A stretch of DNA of 59,761 bases, the filler included, from Nemertoderma westbladi (taxonomy: Eukaryota; Animalia; Xenacoelomorpha): NCBI GenBank assembly GCA_032718475.1. It is 3 parts of 3 records of this genome, joined end to end, with 100 filler letters (N's around TTAATTAATTAA, not from the genome) between each part and the next. Parts side by side here need not be neighbours in the genome. Positions count along the whole stretch, not along the records: positions 20,697 to 47,255 come from JAUCBJ010001169.1; 2 more parts are not named here. One strand, 5' to 3'. How positions within the stretch are numbered: the first letter of the stretch is position 1; each line of letters opens with the position of its first letter. Shown in pieces: positions 33,911 through 46,633 of the stretch. The position numbers and the translations under genes were made by a program. The notes under the pieces are model-generated. The model saw nothing but the letters and a program-made list of their open reading frames with translations, ran no database searches and was not told the DNA's origin.

Positions 33911-34746
33911 CACCATAACCCTTAATACAACAATCATTTTTAGGGGGTCGGAGCCCCTCCCCCCCCCCCCCCCCCCCCCCTAATTTTTTTCAAATTTCAA
34001 TAAAATGCTATGAAATTTGGTACTGTATGATGATAGATCGACACCTTTTCTTTACTGGTGGCCTGGCCGGATTTTTCAATTTCTCAGTTATTTCCATACA
34101 ACAATCCCTTAAAAAATGTCTATTTAGCAATGTTTAACCACCTCCGTAGACTTTATTTTACGTCTTTGAAATGTAATCTAGATATCATTCGAAGCGCCTT
34201 CGTCTGTAGATTCCGAATCTGAAAACCGTCTTAAATTTATGGGAGACTAGTCGTCTTTATTCTAGAATATTAATTATTATTTAGCTGAGCGTTTAAAACT
34301 CTCCATCTTGTTTTTTCATTACCCATAATTAATATTCTAGAATTGAGTAAAAAAAACATTAGAATTATAGCGATTTACGTCACAAATATTTACACCTTAG
34401 TATTTTGATAATATCTCCAGAAGTTCTTGGTGAAATTTACAACGGGTTTCATATTCGCTGCAGATGTAGGCGGTTCTAATGATATCTAGATCTCTTTCCA
34501 AAGACGAAAAATAAAGCTGACGGAGATGGCTAAGTATTGCAAAATATACGATTTTTAACGGCTTGTTGTATCGAAATAGCTCATAAATTAAAAAATATGG
34601 CCAGGCCACCAGTAAGAAAAGGTGTCGATCTATCATCATACCAAGTTTCGTAGCATTTTATTGAAATTTGAAAAAAATTAGAGGGGGGGGGGGGGGGGGG
34701 GGGCTCCGACCCCCTATAAATGGTTGTTGTATTAAGGGTTATGGTG
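33911..34746. mobile_element. foldback-type non-autonomous DNA transposon (Tc1/mariner-type TA target)
   Basis: TA|CACCATAACCCTTAATACAAC...GTTGTATTAAGGGTTATGGTG|TA. The inverted arms include C/G runs and remain recognisable for about 300 bp. Lies in intron 3. Confidence 0.88.
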
Positions 34747-35605
34747 TATATATAGACCTATATACTGTATTATATCAAAATTATATATGACATTGTGATT
34801 CAATCATTATAATAACTACATGAAGGATGGGTCTAAATATTGGGATTAAATATGATTGGGTAAAAAACGATACCAATAAATTTTGGAATCCCACTTTTCA
34901 CGCCAGGTATATTGGCTGTTAGATCGGCACACAGGTTTTACATCATAAACGTTGTGGTGCCTTCGCGCAGCACGTGAGCCTATATAATTATATGTAATAC
35001 CCATTAGATATAAGAAAACCATCATTCCCAAAATAACAATGATTGATGAGTTAAACTGGTAGTAAAAACAGAGGTTAATTTCAGTTTGCCCCTGCACGCA
35101 TTTAATTACAATTAACAAATTTGTTGACTAGTTCGCCTTCTAGTATGCCAAGTTTCAGTTAAAACTGATTTTTAAATCCAATTTCGTCATTTAGCCCTCT
35201 AGCGGCAGACGCAGACTGGAGAACTGCGGAATGATCAACTTCCTCACAGAAACGCAGCATGTTGCGTAATACATATATATGCAAAGATTCAGATTAAACG
35301 GACTAAAACAACAGAGAAAAGAGAAGGTTTACACTTTCAGACATTTCGTCCTCTAATGGTAGACTGGAGAACTACAGACCGAGACCGATCACCTTCTCTT
35401 AGACCACCTCTCTCAATGATTGCAGGGTGTATGATGTGTGTAAGTTTCAATCAACTCAGTGGGTTTCTAGGCGGCTGATTCATCCATTCCATTCATTGCA
35501 ATGAAATACAACCAAAAAAATGGCATAGCAGTATCAGCTGATCATAAATAGTGCATCATGCCCTTTTGTTTAAAGTATGTAACACTCTAATAAATGTTAT
35601 TTTAG

Positions 35606-35871
35606 GCATTTTGGAATGAAAAAGGTTATAAGAAAAATGCGAATCCAGGCGGCTGTGGTAATACAGAGCTGGGTTCGGAGTTTTCTAGCGAGACGTTGGC
35701 TGAAACGACTGAAAATGAAAAGCAGGATGCACGAAGGAGCAGGGAACTTAACCAAACTCTTTATATTTTATAAGAAATACATGGAGAGCATTCAAAGATA
35801 CTATAATCAGGAATTCAAAGGAATATCTGTCGATCTTTGGGAACTCGATATATTCCTCGACAGGAAAGCAG
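35606..35871 (+). CDS. IQ-motif gene exon 4 (IQ motif)
   Basis: AAVVIQSWVRSFLARRWLKRLK IQ motif; acceptor TTATTTTAG, donor CAG|GTCAGT in phase 1. Confidence 0.85.
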
Positions 35872-36052
35872 GTCAGTTTAAAATCTGTGTCGAGTTGGTG
35901 TTCTGCTAAATTCCTTGCATAGGAGATCCGTTATCATTACGGTACAATGTTGCTCATTAACCTAAAAAACATTAAACGCTAAAAACATACAAAACTAAAA
36001 AAATTTAATATCCAGTTATCTTATAGTAATGGCACTCTCTTATTCTCCACAG

Positions 36053-36187
36053 TGTATGAGACAGCTTATTGGACTTGTCATGGAGAACACGTGATTGGCA
36101 TTCGAGACTTCATTAGACTGCTAGAGGCGTGCGACCATTACCCCCCATTGAAAGACATTAAAGATGCTATTAAATGGGTTACAAAAG
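36053..36187 (+). CDS. IQ-motif gene exon 5
   Basis: Acceptor TTCTCCACAG; VYETAYWTCHGEHVIGIRDFIRLLEACDHYPPLKDIKDAIKWVTK; donor G|GTGAGC in phase 1. Confidence 0.8.
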
Positions 36188-36952
36188 GTGAGCATACTTA
36201 GAACGCAAATACTTTTGTAATTATAATATTAAATATTATAAATTTGTAGAAACTTGTAAAACAGGTACAGATGGGGTAGTTCTCAAACACCCACATCATA
36301 AGCTGAGCTTCACCCATAACTGTGAAAATGCCTAACTTTATTTGAATTATTTAGTACCCAAATAATAGGGAACTAAGTCAGGCAAGCAAGGCAAGCCAAG
36401 GCTGCAAAATAGTTAACAAAGTTACAATTAGAATAGCATCACAATTATGTAAGAAAAACATTGAATGTCGTCGAACAATTAAGTTCAGAAGACGCCACGG
36501 GTGCTTGCTGTTGATGGATGGATAGACGGCTAGGAAATAAGATATTGGCAGCTCTACACCTTTCTACTGACATCAAAGTGGCAGGCGCTGCGGCGCGCAA
36601 GGACAATAACGGGCCCCTATAAACCTAAACTACACAAAGACGTAGGGCCCGAAAACGGTTGAGTAGACAAAGCACACGTGAGTTGAAAGGGAGAACTTTG
36701 GGCCTCCATAGTATAAGGTAACACAATAACTACAGGGATCCCTTAACCGCCGGCTACTATTGCGGAATGCGGACCTAATGCATACTAATCTAGAGAATTA
36801 TTATGCATTCATTACTATCAGCCCAAAAGAAGACCGTTGGGTTTATTATAATTACATGACATTGTTTACCCGTACACATAGGCTACTACTGTACGAGCGC
36901 TGTAGGATTAAATGAGTGACTCTGGCCATTGCGGACAAAGGGACTCGAGGGT

Positions 36953-36960
36953 TATAAATA
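36953..36960 (+). promoter_or_regulatory. candidate TATA box of the nested bHLH gene
   Basis: TATAAATA about 270 nt upstream of the ATG; E-boxes CACGTG (about 36675) and CAGGTG (36971) nearby. Confidence 0.35.
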
Positions 36961-37229
36961 TACGGACTGTCAGGTGGCTTCTCGTATAAGCATGTTCTAC
37001 TATGCTACATCTACATCATCAATTAGATTGTAAATATATGTGCAAGTATAATTAATTAGTCATTGTGAAGCCAAGTCATTGTAGACTATATATTAACCCA
37101 CTCAACAATAATTTATTATTATTTGATCCCGCTGAAAACGCAAGAATTTATCGCTAAATAACTATTTCCGCTGTCGGTGTATTTAATCATATTTAATTGT
37201 GAATTCGAAGATAAAGATAAATTTCTTCA

Positions 37230-37805
37230 ATGAATCACCAACAACATCATCAGACGATCTACCCAATGACCGCGCCGATGATGTATACAGACCAACAGCT
37301 CCAACACATGCCACTCCAGGGGCAACAGACAGTCCACACCTTCAAAGCGCCGACAAAACCGGCGCCAAGATCGTCCAGACATCACCCGACCGAACGCAAG
37401 AAACGCAAAGTGGTGCTGACACCGCCGCAACGCAACGCCGCCAACAACCGCGAACGTAACCGCATGGAGGTTATCAACGTTGGCTTCGAGCGTCTACGCA
37501 CGCATCTTCCCTTCCCCGCAGACGAGAAACTATCCAAACTCCAAGTCCTCAAACACGCGATCGGCTACATCCAGTACCTTAACGATCTGAACGCGTCGCA
37601 GGAACGCACAGATTTGGCCAACTGGTTCTGGAACGGGGTCTGCGCCGAGTCGGGAATGGACGAGAGTAAGTTCCTAATGCAACCATACGACTTCAACGTT
37701 GAACCTCAAACGTATATCTCCGCCCAAAGAAACACCACTAATAATTACCAGGTGTCGCAAAATTGCAGTCCAAGTGAGATTCTCAACTTTCCTACTACAA
37801 TTTAA
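37230..37805 (+). CDS. intronless class A bHLH transcription factor, PTF1/Fer-like
   Basis: RKVVLTPPQRNAANNRERNRMEVINVGFERLRTHLPFPADEKLSKLQVLKHAIGYIQYLNDL resembles the PTF1a/Fer3 basic region and AIGYI helix 2; GC-rich ORF in an AT-rich intron. Confidence 0.9.
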   Translation: MNHQQHHQTIYPMTAPMMYTDQQLQHMPLQGQQTVHTFKAPTKPAPRSSRHHPTERKKRKVVLTPPQRNAANNRERNRMEVINVGFERLRTHLPFPADEKLSKLQVLKHAIGYIQYLNDLNASQERTDLANWFWNGVCAESGMDESKFLMQPYDFNVEPQTYISAQRNTTNNYQVSQNCSPSEILNFPTTI

Positions 37806-39136
37806 TTTACTGACTATTTGATTAAATTCGTAAATCATCTTATTTATAATTCATATTTTTTTTACTCTTACATTTAGTGTAATGCAACACATATATATGT
37901 TAATTTAATTACCAACTGGAGTGCCTTATTGTAATTGCGGTGAGCAATTCTGATTGCCTATTGTCATTCTTGAGTGCCTTAAATTATTATTGTGGCCAAC
38001 ATCAAATTACGATTACTAATTAATGCGAAGTAGGACTATTCAGTTATTTGATTAGTGGATAAATAGATATATCATTAATCATTATTTTACTAACACATTA
38101 TAATTTTATTGGTTATTTATTTTCCTCACACAATGTGATATTTAACTTTATTTCATTTTCAAGATGTTGTTTTTAAAATAATTATATAATTGATACAAAG
38201 ATTTTATATTTAACTCACCATTTTGAATTAACTTTAATACATTGTGAAGTTAATTAATACCTCTTATGTGGTGGATGTACAGTGATAACGTTGTGCTTAA
38301 GTGTAATTTGTAACGTAGTAACAAGTGTAGTATATATTAATTTATCATGTAAGTAAGTAAGGATCTATTACGTTACATTACTGATTATGGGAAAATAAAT
38401 GTGTCGGCAGATGTGGTTTAAAAATTAATTTATATAATTACGTATAATATTTGTATTTAAGTTTATATTGTGGTCAATATCTTATCATTATTATATATTA
38501 TTAATTATTAAAATCATCTAAAAAATGAAACAATACAATTTTTCTGAGTTTAAGTTTAACAGTAACAGTTCATTATGACAAAAATATGACACATGCACAG
38601 TCTGTGTCATATGTTTTGTTTAAGTTGATCGCCCCATAAACATTCTAAAATGACTGGGCCGTAAAACCATAAAAACAGATTAGTTAAAGGTGCAGATTGA
38701 AGAAGCGGGTAATGGGAACCAAAACAATAAACGAAAGTTAACATGTGTTACAAGATTATGCAGGTTAGTAAATGGCAATGAAAGAATCATGAAGGATAAC
38801 ACTTTTAATGACATTGCCCTGGGGGATAGCATAACAGGGGACTTTACCATGGATCTACTTTGACTCACCTGACAATGAACCATATGATAGGATGCAGCCA
38901 TTGTCGCTTCACTATTTAAATGTTTTTATTTAGTTTTGTAAGCCAACTGGGCTCCTCTTATACCACCGTATACAACCTCACTAACTCCGTGGACGCTCGT
39001 ATTAATAAGGTGCCTTCTGATAAGAAAAGAAACTAACGTGTTTATAGACTAGTAGGGGCCTACTGTATGTATGTATGTATTTATATACCAAAGGAAGAAA
39101 TAAATAAACACACATTACCGATTACACAAAATATAT

Positions 39137-41330
39137 AACTGTTTATAAACTAACCTTACTGACAGAGAACTGTTTATAAACTAACCTTGGCAGAGAACTG
39201 TTTATAAACTAACCTTACTGACAGATAACTGTATATAAACTAACCTTACTGACAGATAACTGTTTATAAACTAACCTTACTGACAGAGAACTGTTTATAA
39301 ACTAACCTTGGCAGAGAACTGTTTATAAACTAACCTTACTGACAGATAACTGTTTATAAACTAACCTTGGCAGAGAACTGTTTATAAACTAACCTTACTG
39401 ACAGAGAACTGTTTATAAACTAACCTTGGCAGAGAACTGTTTATAAACTAACCTTACTGACAGATAACTGTTTATAAACTAACCTTACTGACAGAGAACT
39501 GTTTATAAACTAACCTTACTGACAGAGAACTGTTTATAAACTAACCTTACTGACAGAGAACTGTTTATAAACTAACCTTACTGACAGAGAACTGTTTATA
39601 AACTAACCTTGGCAGAGAACTGTTTATAAACTAACCTTACTGACAGATAACTGTTTATAAACTAACCTTACTGACAGAGAACTGTTTATAAACTAACCTT
39701 ACTGACAGAGAACTGTTTATAAACTAACCTTACTGACAGAGAACTGTTTATAAACTAACCTTGGCAGAGAACTGTTTATAAACTAACCTTACTGACAGAT
39801 AACTGTTTATAAACTAACCTTACTGACAGAGAACTGTTTATAAACTAACCTTACTGACAGAGAACTGTTTATAAACTAACCTTACTGACAGAGAACTGTT
39901 TATAAACTAACCTTGGCAGAGAACTGTTTATAAACTAACCTTACTGACAGATAACTGTTTATAAACTAACCTTACTGACAGAGAACTGTTTATAAACTAA
40001 CCTTGGCAGAGAACTGTTTATAAACTAACCTTACTGACAGATAACTGTTTATAAACTAACCTTACTGACAGAGAACTGTTTATAAACTAACCTTACTGAC
40101 AGAGAACTGTTTATAAACTAACCTTGGCAGAGAACTGTTTATAAACTAACCTTACTGACAGATAACTGTTTATAAACTAACCTTACTGACAGAGAACTGT
40201 TTATAAACTAACCTTACTGACAGATAACTGTTTATAAACTAACCTTACTGACAGAGAACTGTTTATAAACTAACCTTACTGAAAGAGAACTGTTTATAAA
40301 CTAACCTTACTGAAAGAGAACTGTTTATAAATTAACCTTACTGACAGAGAACTGTTTATAAACTAACCTTACTGACAGAGAACTGTTTATATACTAACCT
40401 TGGCAGAGAACTGTTTATAAACTAACCTTACTGGCAGATAACTGTTTATAAGCTAACCTTACTGGCAGAGAACTGTTTATAAACTAACCTTACTGGCAGA
40501 GAACTGTTTATAAACTAACCTTACTGGCAGATAACTATTTATAAACTAACCTTACTGGCAGAGAACTGTTTATAAACTAACCTTGGCAGAGAACTGTTTA
40601 TAAACTAACCTTACTGGCAGAGAACTGTTTATAAAGTAACCTTACTGAAAGAGAACTGTTTATAAACTAACCTTACTGACAGATAACTGTTTATAAACTA
40701 GCCTTACAGACAGAGAACTGTTTATAAACTAACCTTACTGACAGAAAACTGTTTATAAACTAACCTTACTGGCAGAGAACTGTTTATAAGCTAACCTTAC
40801 TGGCAGATAACTGTTTATAAACTAACCTTACTGACAGAGAACTGTTTATAAACTAACCTTACTGACAGAGAACTGTTTATAAACTAACCTTACTGGCAGA
40901 GAACTGTTTATAAACTAAGCTTACAGACAGAGAACTGTTTATAAACTAACCTTACTGGCAGAGAACTGTTTATAAACTAACCTTACTGGCAGAGAACTGT
41001 TTATAAATTAACCTTACTGAAAGATAACTGTTTATAAACTAACCTTACTGACAGAGACCTGTTTATAAACTAACCTTACTGACAGAGAACTGTTTATAAA
41101 CTAACCTTACTGACAGAGAACTGTTTATAAACTAACCTTACTGACAGAGAACTGTTTATAAACTAACCTTACTGACAGAGAACTGTTTATAAACTAACCT
41201 TGGCAGAGAACTGTTTATAAACTAACCTTACTGACAGATAACTGTTTATAAACTAACCTTACTGACAGAGAACTGTTTATAAACTAACCTTGGCAGAGAA
41301 CTGTTTATAAACTAACCTTACTGACAGATA
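39137..41330. repeat. 31-bp tandem satellite (with 28-bp variant), about 70 copies, intronic
   Basis: Unit AACTGTTTATAAACTAACCTTACTGACAGAG; variant ...CCTTGGCAGAG. Confidence 0.97.
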
Positions 41331-41639
41331 AAACTATTTAGTCCAGGGAATATAACGCTCTAAGTAGGTAAATTATAATAACAAATGAATAATATAAATA
41401 GAAATTGTTCCATTGTTCGAAATAATCAATGAAATCAGATATGTAAATAAATTAATTGCCAAAATAATCATCAAATTGTCATGGTAGTAAAAACAATACA
41501 GAGAAAAACAAACTTGCAAAAAACACGATCCAAAGATGCAGGGCGGGTGTAGGGCGGGGGCCGGGAGTTAGACAGCAAACTGACAAAAAGTTCAAAAACT
41601 AATGATTAAATTATCATCATTTTGTGTTAGGGATAGTTT

Positions 41640-42030
41640 TACGATGTCGACGCAGCTTAGATACAAAGGTTGGTGCGTTCTTAATTTTTAGAAGAGTATG
41701 TGCAGGTGCGCTGAGAACCGTCTCCCCAGTAAACTCTTTACGAATATTTTCGTAGAGTGGGCACGCGCAGAGAAAAGTTGCTCATCCTCAATCTCACCGC
41801 AGGAACACAAACGGAGCTCACGAGGTATGCGGAGATATCTTCCCTTTTCAACTGCGAGGTCATGAGCGCTGAGCCTTAGTCCTGCATAGTTTATGAGATC
41901 GACCGACTGGTGCATGCAATTGTATGCGTCAGATCTTGTTAGGGTGGGGTTTAGCTGGAGATACGTTATATATTTAGACCGGCCTTGCGCCACTTTATCC
42001 TTGATAGAATTACGAAGATAATTCATTGAC
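41640..42030 (-). mobile_element. 3' fragment of a non-LTR retrotransposon ORF2 (RTEX-like C-terminal Cys/His region), degenerate
   Basis: LRLSAHDLAVEKGRYLRIPRELRLCSCGEIEDEQ motif; the frame degrades afterwards. Confidence 0.7.
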
Positions 42031-43103
42031 GATTCAATAACGTCCTTTTAGGTCAAGGAGGTTAACTCGTTATATAGTTGCAGAAAGGAGACTTTAGTTG
42101 CATAACGTGATGTAGTGGTTGTAGTAGTAAGTAAACCTTTACCGTTGAATACACCATAAACCGTTATATGGATGAGGTCACCGTTAATGATGCTGCTCTT
42201 ATATGTCCAATGAGATGCCATGTCCAAACGTAGAATGATCAACACGCACTGCACTGGGAACTGGGCAACCTATGAATAATGATTGATTATTTATTATAAT
42301 AATTAATTATTAATTGTGTTGGTCCTTATGTTAAGGCATTCCAAGTCTATACAGTAGGCACTACTTTTGTACTATTGAGTGGGTTTATCGTACAGTTTAG
42401 TTAGTACGTGTCAAATCGGGGTCAAAAGTAATGGTATGCGAGTTGTGGACTAATTGTGGATAAAAACTTGTGGATAAAGATTAAAAGCAGGTCATATAAG
42501 TGTAATAAGACGATAAGTTAGTTCCTATAATAAATGTAGTATACACTTATTGAACTAGTGATCGGAAGCACGTTGAAATATAAACTCGTAAATTAATTCG
42601 ATAATAGAAATATTTAATTAAAAGAAACGCTTTATTCTTTGTAAAAATATGCGACAGTGGGGGAAACTGGACGCAAAACCCGCCTTGGTGAATTAATATC
42701 CCGCCTCAATGTTAAATTCTCAATTCAGGGAAAGGAGCAGGTTACAGCGGCACGTTATTTTAACAAAAACACTAAACTAAACACAATAGAACAGGTTACA
42801 GTTTTATTTTTGAGAGTAATCAGCTGTTATTTGCGTCGAATTTACCCTGGAGAGGGATGAATTTTTATTACGTCCAGTCTGAAAAATATTGTGTTAAATT
42901 CGTGTTTAGATTCTTGTGATGTAGTTGATTTCAGTGAATCTATGGGAGTTTAGCGAGTGTGCAGATATGGTCCTACTTAGTACCGGTGCAGATAATCCCC
43001 GTACTGTATACTTACTGGTGTACTGGCGATAGGGGTACAGTTAACTATACTATCACCATACACCACACCCACACACACATTGATGAATACTATTTTATAA
43101 CAG

Positions 43104-43268
43104 AGGAGGTTGTTGATATCAAAGAGACGCGATTGACCAAGAAGCAAGCTGTCCGCGCGATATTCCACATGTACGTTCCCCCCGGAAGCGGAGTTAAACA
43201 GAACCAAGCTATACGATCGACGTGGTTTAATCCTGTGGTTGACGGGAAAGAGGGAAGGAAACTAATGA
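43104..43268 (+). CDS. IQ-motif gene exon 6
   Basis: Acceptor TATTTTATAACAG; AIFHMYVPPGSGVKQNQAIRSTWFNPVVDGKEGRKLM; phase 1 in and out; donor A|GTTAGT. Confidence 0.8.
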
Positions 43269-43642
43269 GTTAGTACCGCTAGTGTGGGTAACCTACTGAA
43301 TGGGCCATTTACAACCCTTCCCCAGGCTCGCTCCGGCGTGAAATACGCCGTGAAATAAAGTAAATTTATTTCTGGGCTACGTTGTACTACATTCAACGCA
43401 GTGTAGTGATGTGAAATATAATACAAGAATAATTGTATCAGCTTATTCTATGTTTTATTTGTCATAAATTTTAACGAATTACATTTCAACTATTTCTACA
43501 GTTTTTATCGTAATCCAAGAATCTCTTAGAATTTCACTCTATTAATAGTTCTTAGAGTTATAGTGTTACAGTTGCTCTTTATATACTGTAGTTGTAATAG
43601 AGATGTGCATGCAGTCACTACTCGCATAAACGCTACTCACTA

Positions 43643-43975
43643 AACCATACTATGCTGGGATCATACCTCGTGGTGTACGAACCATATTATGCTGGGATCA
43701 TACCTCGTGGTGTACGAACCATATTATGCTGGGATCATACCTCGTGGTGTACGAACCATATTATGCTGGGATCATACCTCGTGGTGTACGAACCATATTA
43801 TGCTGGGATCATACCTCGTGGTGTACGAACCATATTATGCTGGGATCATACCTCGTGGTGTACGAACCATATTATGCTGGGATCATACCTCGTGGTGTAC
43901 GAACCATATTATGCTGGGATCATACCTCGTGGTGTACGAACCATATTATGCTGGGATCATACCTCGTGGTGTACG
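43643..43975. repeat. 37-bp minisatellite, 9 copies
   Basis: Unit AACCATATTATGCTGGGATCATACCTCGTGGTGTACG; 333 bp = 9 x 37. Confidence 0.97.
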
Positions 43976-44325
43976 TAATTTTGTTACATTATGTCAACTT
44001 ATCGGCGTTCTGAATGCCTAATTCTTAGTAAGAATTAGGCATTTCTTAGTTTTTATTGTAATTTTTAGGAATAAATATTAATGAAATTCATATCCTATTA
44101 ATCGCAGTTACTGTAACAACTGTGTATATAGCGGTAAATATTCTTACACTTAGCTTAAAATGCCTATCACCAGGTGATTGATTACTCAAGACGTATTCTA
44201 GAAGTTTATAGTTACTAAGTTAGTGACTAAGCTGCAAAGAGATACTTTACTGCGTTACGGGAATATCAATGCAACTTTAATGAATGATATTGTAATAAGT
44301 TGTTCAGAAATGGAAAAAATGAGAA

Positions 44326-44408
44326 AGCGCATCACCGGGGGTTGAACCAGCGCATACGTACTATCAGACCTCATCAGTATAGCGCTAACAAGTTCAGCCA
44401 CATGCCGC
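44326..44408 (-). mobile_element. tRNA-derived SINE-like head
   Basis: Minus-strand A-box-like TGGCTGAACTTG and B-box-like GGTTCAACCCC at tRNA-like spacing; not a clean cloverleaf. Confidence 0.4.
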
Positions 44409-44900
44409 AGACACTCACACTCCCACCTAATCCACTTCTATTGAACAGGCAGTCTTAAGTGCATATATTCTATCTCTAACAGCGGACCTACCGGCCTCAA
44501 GTATGTTAGAGCGGAACAGGAGGGAAGTACAAATAAATAAATATTCATCTCGAGTATTGCTGCCAGGTGATATTAATAAATGAATTGTAGTTGAGCTGTT
44601 AATGCTACTTTAATGATGATATGGTAATAAGTTGTTCAGAAACTTTCTCATTTTTTCCATTTCTGAACAACTTATTACAATATTTTTAAGCAGTGAATGT
44701 GCACAGCACCAGCATTTTATTTATTAGAGATTTTTTGAACATATCAGCTGGGGCGTAAACCTGAAATTAAATGAATGAAAATATTTATCTGGACTAAAAG
44801 CAAGGACCACAATGTAGGTGCATTGTACAGTACAGTGTAGTCACTGAAATGGAATAAATTAATGTAATAAAATATTAATTGTCTAAATTTATTTTATTAG

Positions 44901-45022
44901 GAAAAGGATTAAAGAATGATATAGAATTACAACGATGTTTGGATTTAGTGGTGAGTAGTAATAAAGAAAGAGAAGATATCGCCACCGAGATAAACTTAAA
45001 TGAAGAACATAACGTAACATAG
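44901..45022 (+). CDS. IQ-motif gene terminal exon 7
   Basis: Acceptor ATTTTATTAG in phase 1; RKGLKNDIELQRCLDLVVSSNKERE...NVT*; stop TAG at 45020-45022. Confidence 0.7.
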
Positions 45023-46476
45023 TCGGGAAATAAAGATCGGATGAGGTAATAAAGTATATCCGAGGATATAAAGGTTAAGAAAAGGGATAGTTGAAACAGC
45101 GATATGTTGGTCTGTTCATAGAAATAGTTCAGATATCATATGGCGAACTCACACACACAAACCCCCTCCCCAAACATACATATTTGCATTATTAATTTGG
45201 TGTTGTATATTATAAAATGACTTGGTATATAAAGTGGTATATTGCTATTAATATATATATATTTATAAAAAGATAAGCCCTAAATTAATTATTTCATTTG
45301 ACAATTAAATTACCATCAAAATAAAGCTAAACTTAAATAATATCCGATAATGTAATTATACTAACACAATAATGCTAGCTGCAGTGCAGTGCTATCATGG
45401 CTAAGGCTATATGGGTGATAGAAGGATAGAAGATAAGGTTTATGGAGTGGCTTAAACGACAAATTGAGTAAAGCTGACAAAAATACCATGCTACAAAAAA
45501 TATTTGTAGTAGAAATTTGCCCACATATTAACCAATGGTAAAAATTATACAATTCCACTATATACATGGAATTTTAATAATTTCCACTAAATGTTAGCGA
45601 AGATTTTTACATAATTGGGCTCGCTGTATTGATTTTAGGAGTAATTTATTTGTTTGTTTTAGTTCAAACCTACAATACTTTGCGATATAACGAGTTAATT
45701 TATTGAGGTCGAGAAATGTGATGGGCTGAGTTAAATTAGATCGTTTAGTCGGAAATTTGTGTTAATAAGACAAAATGATAATAAAACTGATTAAAAAATT
45801 ATTAGAGATATTTATATTGCTCGGAAACTAAAATGGTAACTATGGTATATTTCAGTCAATCGATAGTCAACGATCTAAGCACAAAATTTGGGGTAACGTG
45901 TTTGTAATATACCTCAGGTACCACAAAAAAATTTGGCACTTTTTGTAGCAATGTCACCATTTTATGTCGCTAAGCCACTCCACCATAATACAAAATTAGC
46001 ACAAATCGTTCATGTCTGAAACCGTTTTCAAACGCAATACTATCTTTACTTTATAAAGGCAAAGATAATTCAATTTTAAAATATTCTAGGTCATCTGGGA
46101 GGGATCACTGGGTCCAAATTAAGGATATAAATTAAATTAAAGTCTCGCCAAAATTAATGACAATTTGAAAAAAAAACAGACAACAAAAAGTAAATCAAAC
46201 CAAAAAATATTTGGATCCAAATAAATTAAATCTTCCCAAAAAATTGATTAACACGGATACAACTAAATCCTCACCAAAAATATTTGGAGATGCTGTAACG
46301 TATTTAGGTTGTTGTTCGAGTAGACATATTTATTAATCATAAAACTGTAACATTTAAGTTGATGCGAAATCATTTAATTAGGAGTGGCAATTATGAATTT
46401 ACCCAATACAAGTACTGTTAACTATTATAATCTAGCTGTCTACTATAATACAGTAAATAGTGCTGTGCTGAGGGGT

Positions 46477-46633
46477 ATAACTTGTTTTGTGCCAGGTTGA
46501 ACTACAGTGTAGCTGCTATTATTTTATACTATAAACTTGTTTTGTGCCAGGTTGAACTACAGTGTAGCTGCTATTATTTTATACTATAAACTTGTTTTGT
46601 GCCAGGTTGAACTATACAGTGTAGCTGCTATTA
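46477..46633. repeat. 55-bp tandem triplication
   Basis: CTTGTTTTGTGCCAGGTTGAACTA at 46481, 46536 and 46591. Confidence 0.9.

Larger units (their letters stand above)
31497..45022 (+). other. 7-exon gene for an IQ-motif protein (about 860 aa; C-terminus resembles IQCM-type proteins)
   Basis: Exons 31422/31497-31709, 31922-33334, 33578-33846, 35606-35871, 36053-36187, 43104-43268 and 44901-45022. All introns are GT-AG and phases 0,0,2,1,1,1 join into one open frame. The family resemblance is from memory, not from a search. Confidence 0.8.

Noticed and set aside
43652-44021. Three overlapping ORFs in the 37-bp array
   Set aside because: A stop-free unit cycling through frames; intronic repeat.
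44326-44408. Functional tRNA gene
   Set aside because: A/B-box-like motifs are present, but the stems and anticodon arm do not form a convincing cloverleaf; kept only as SINE-like.
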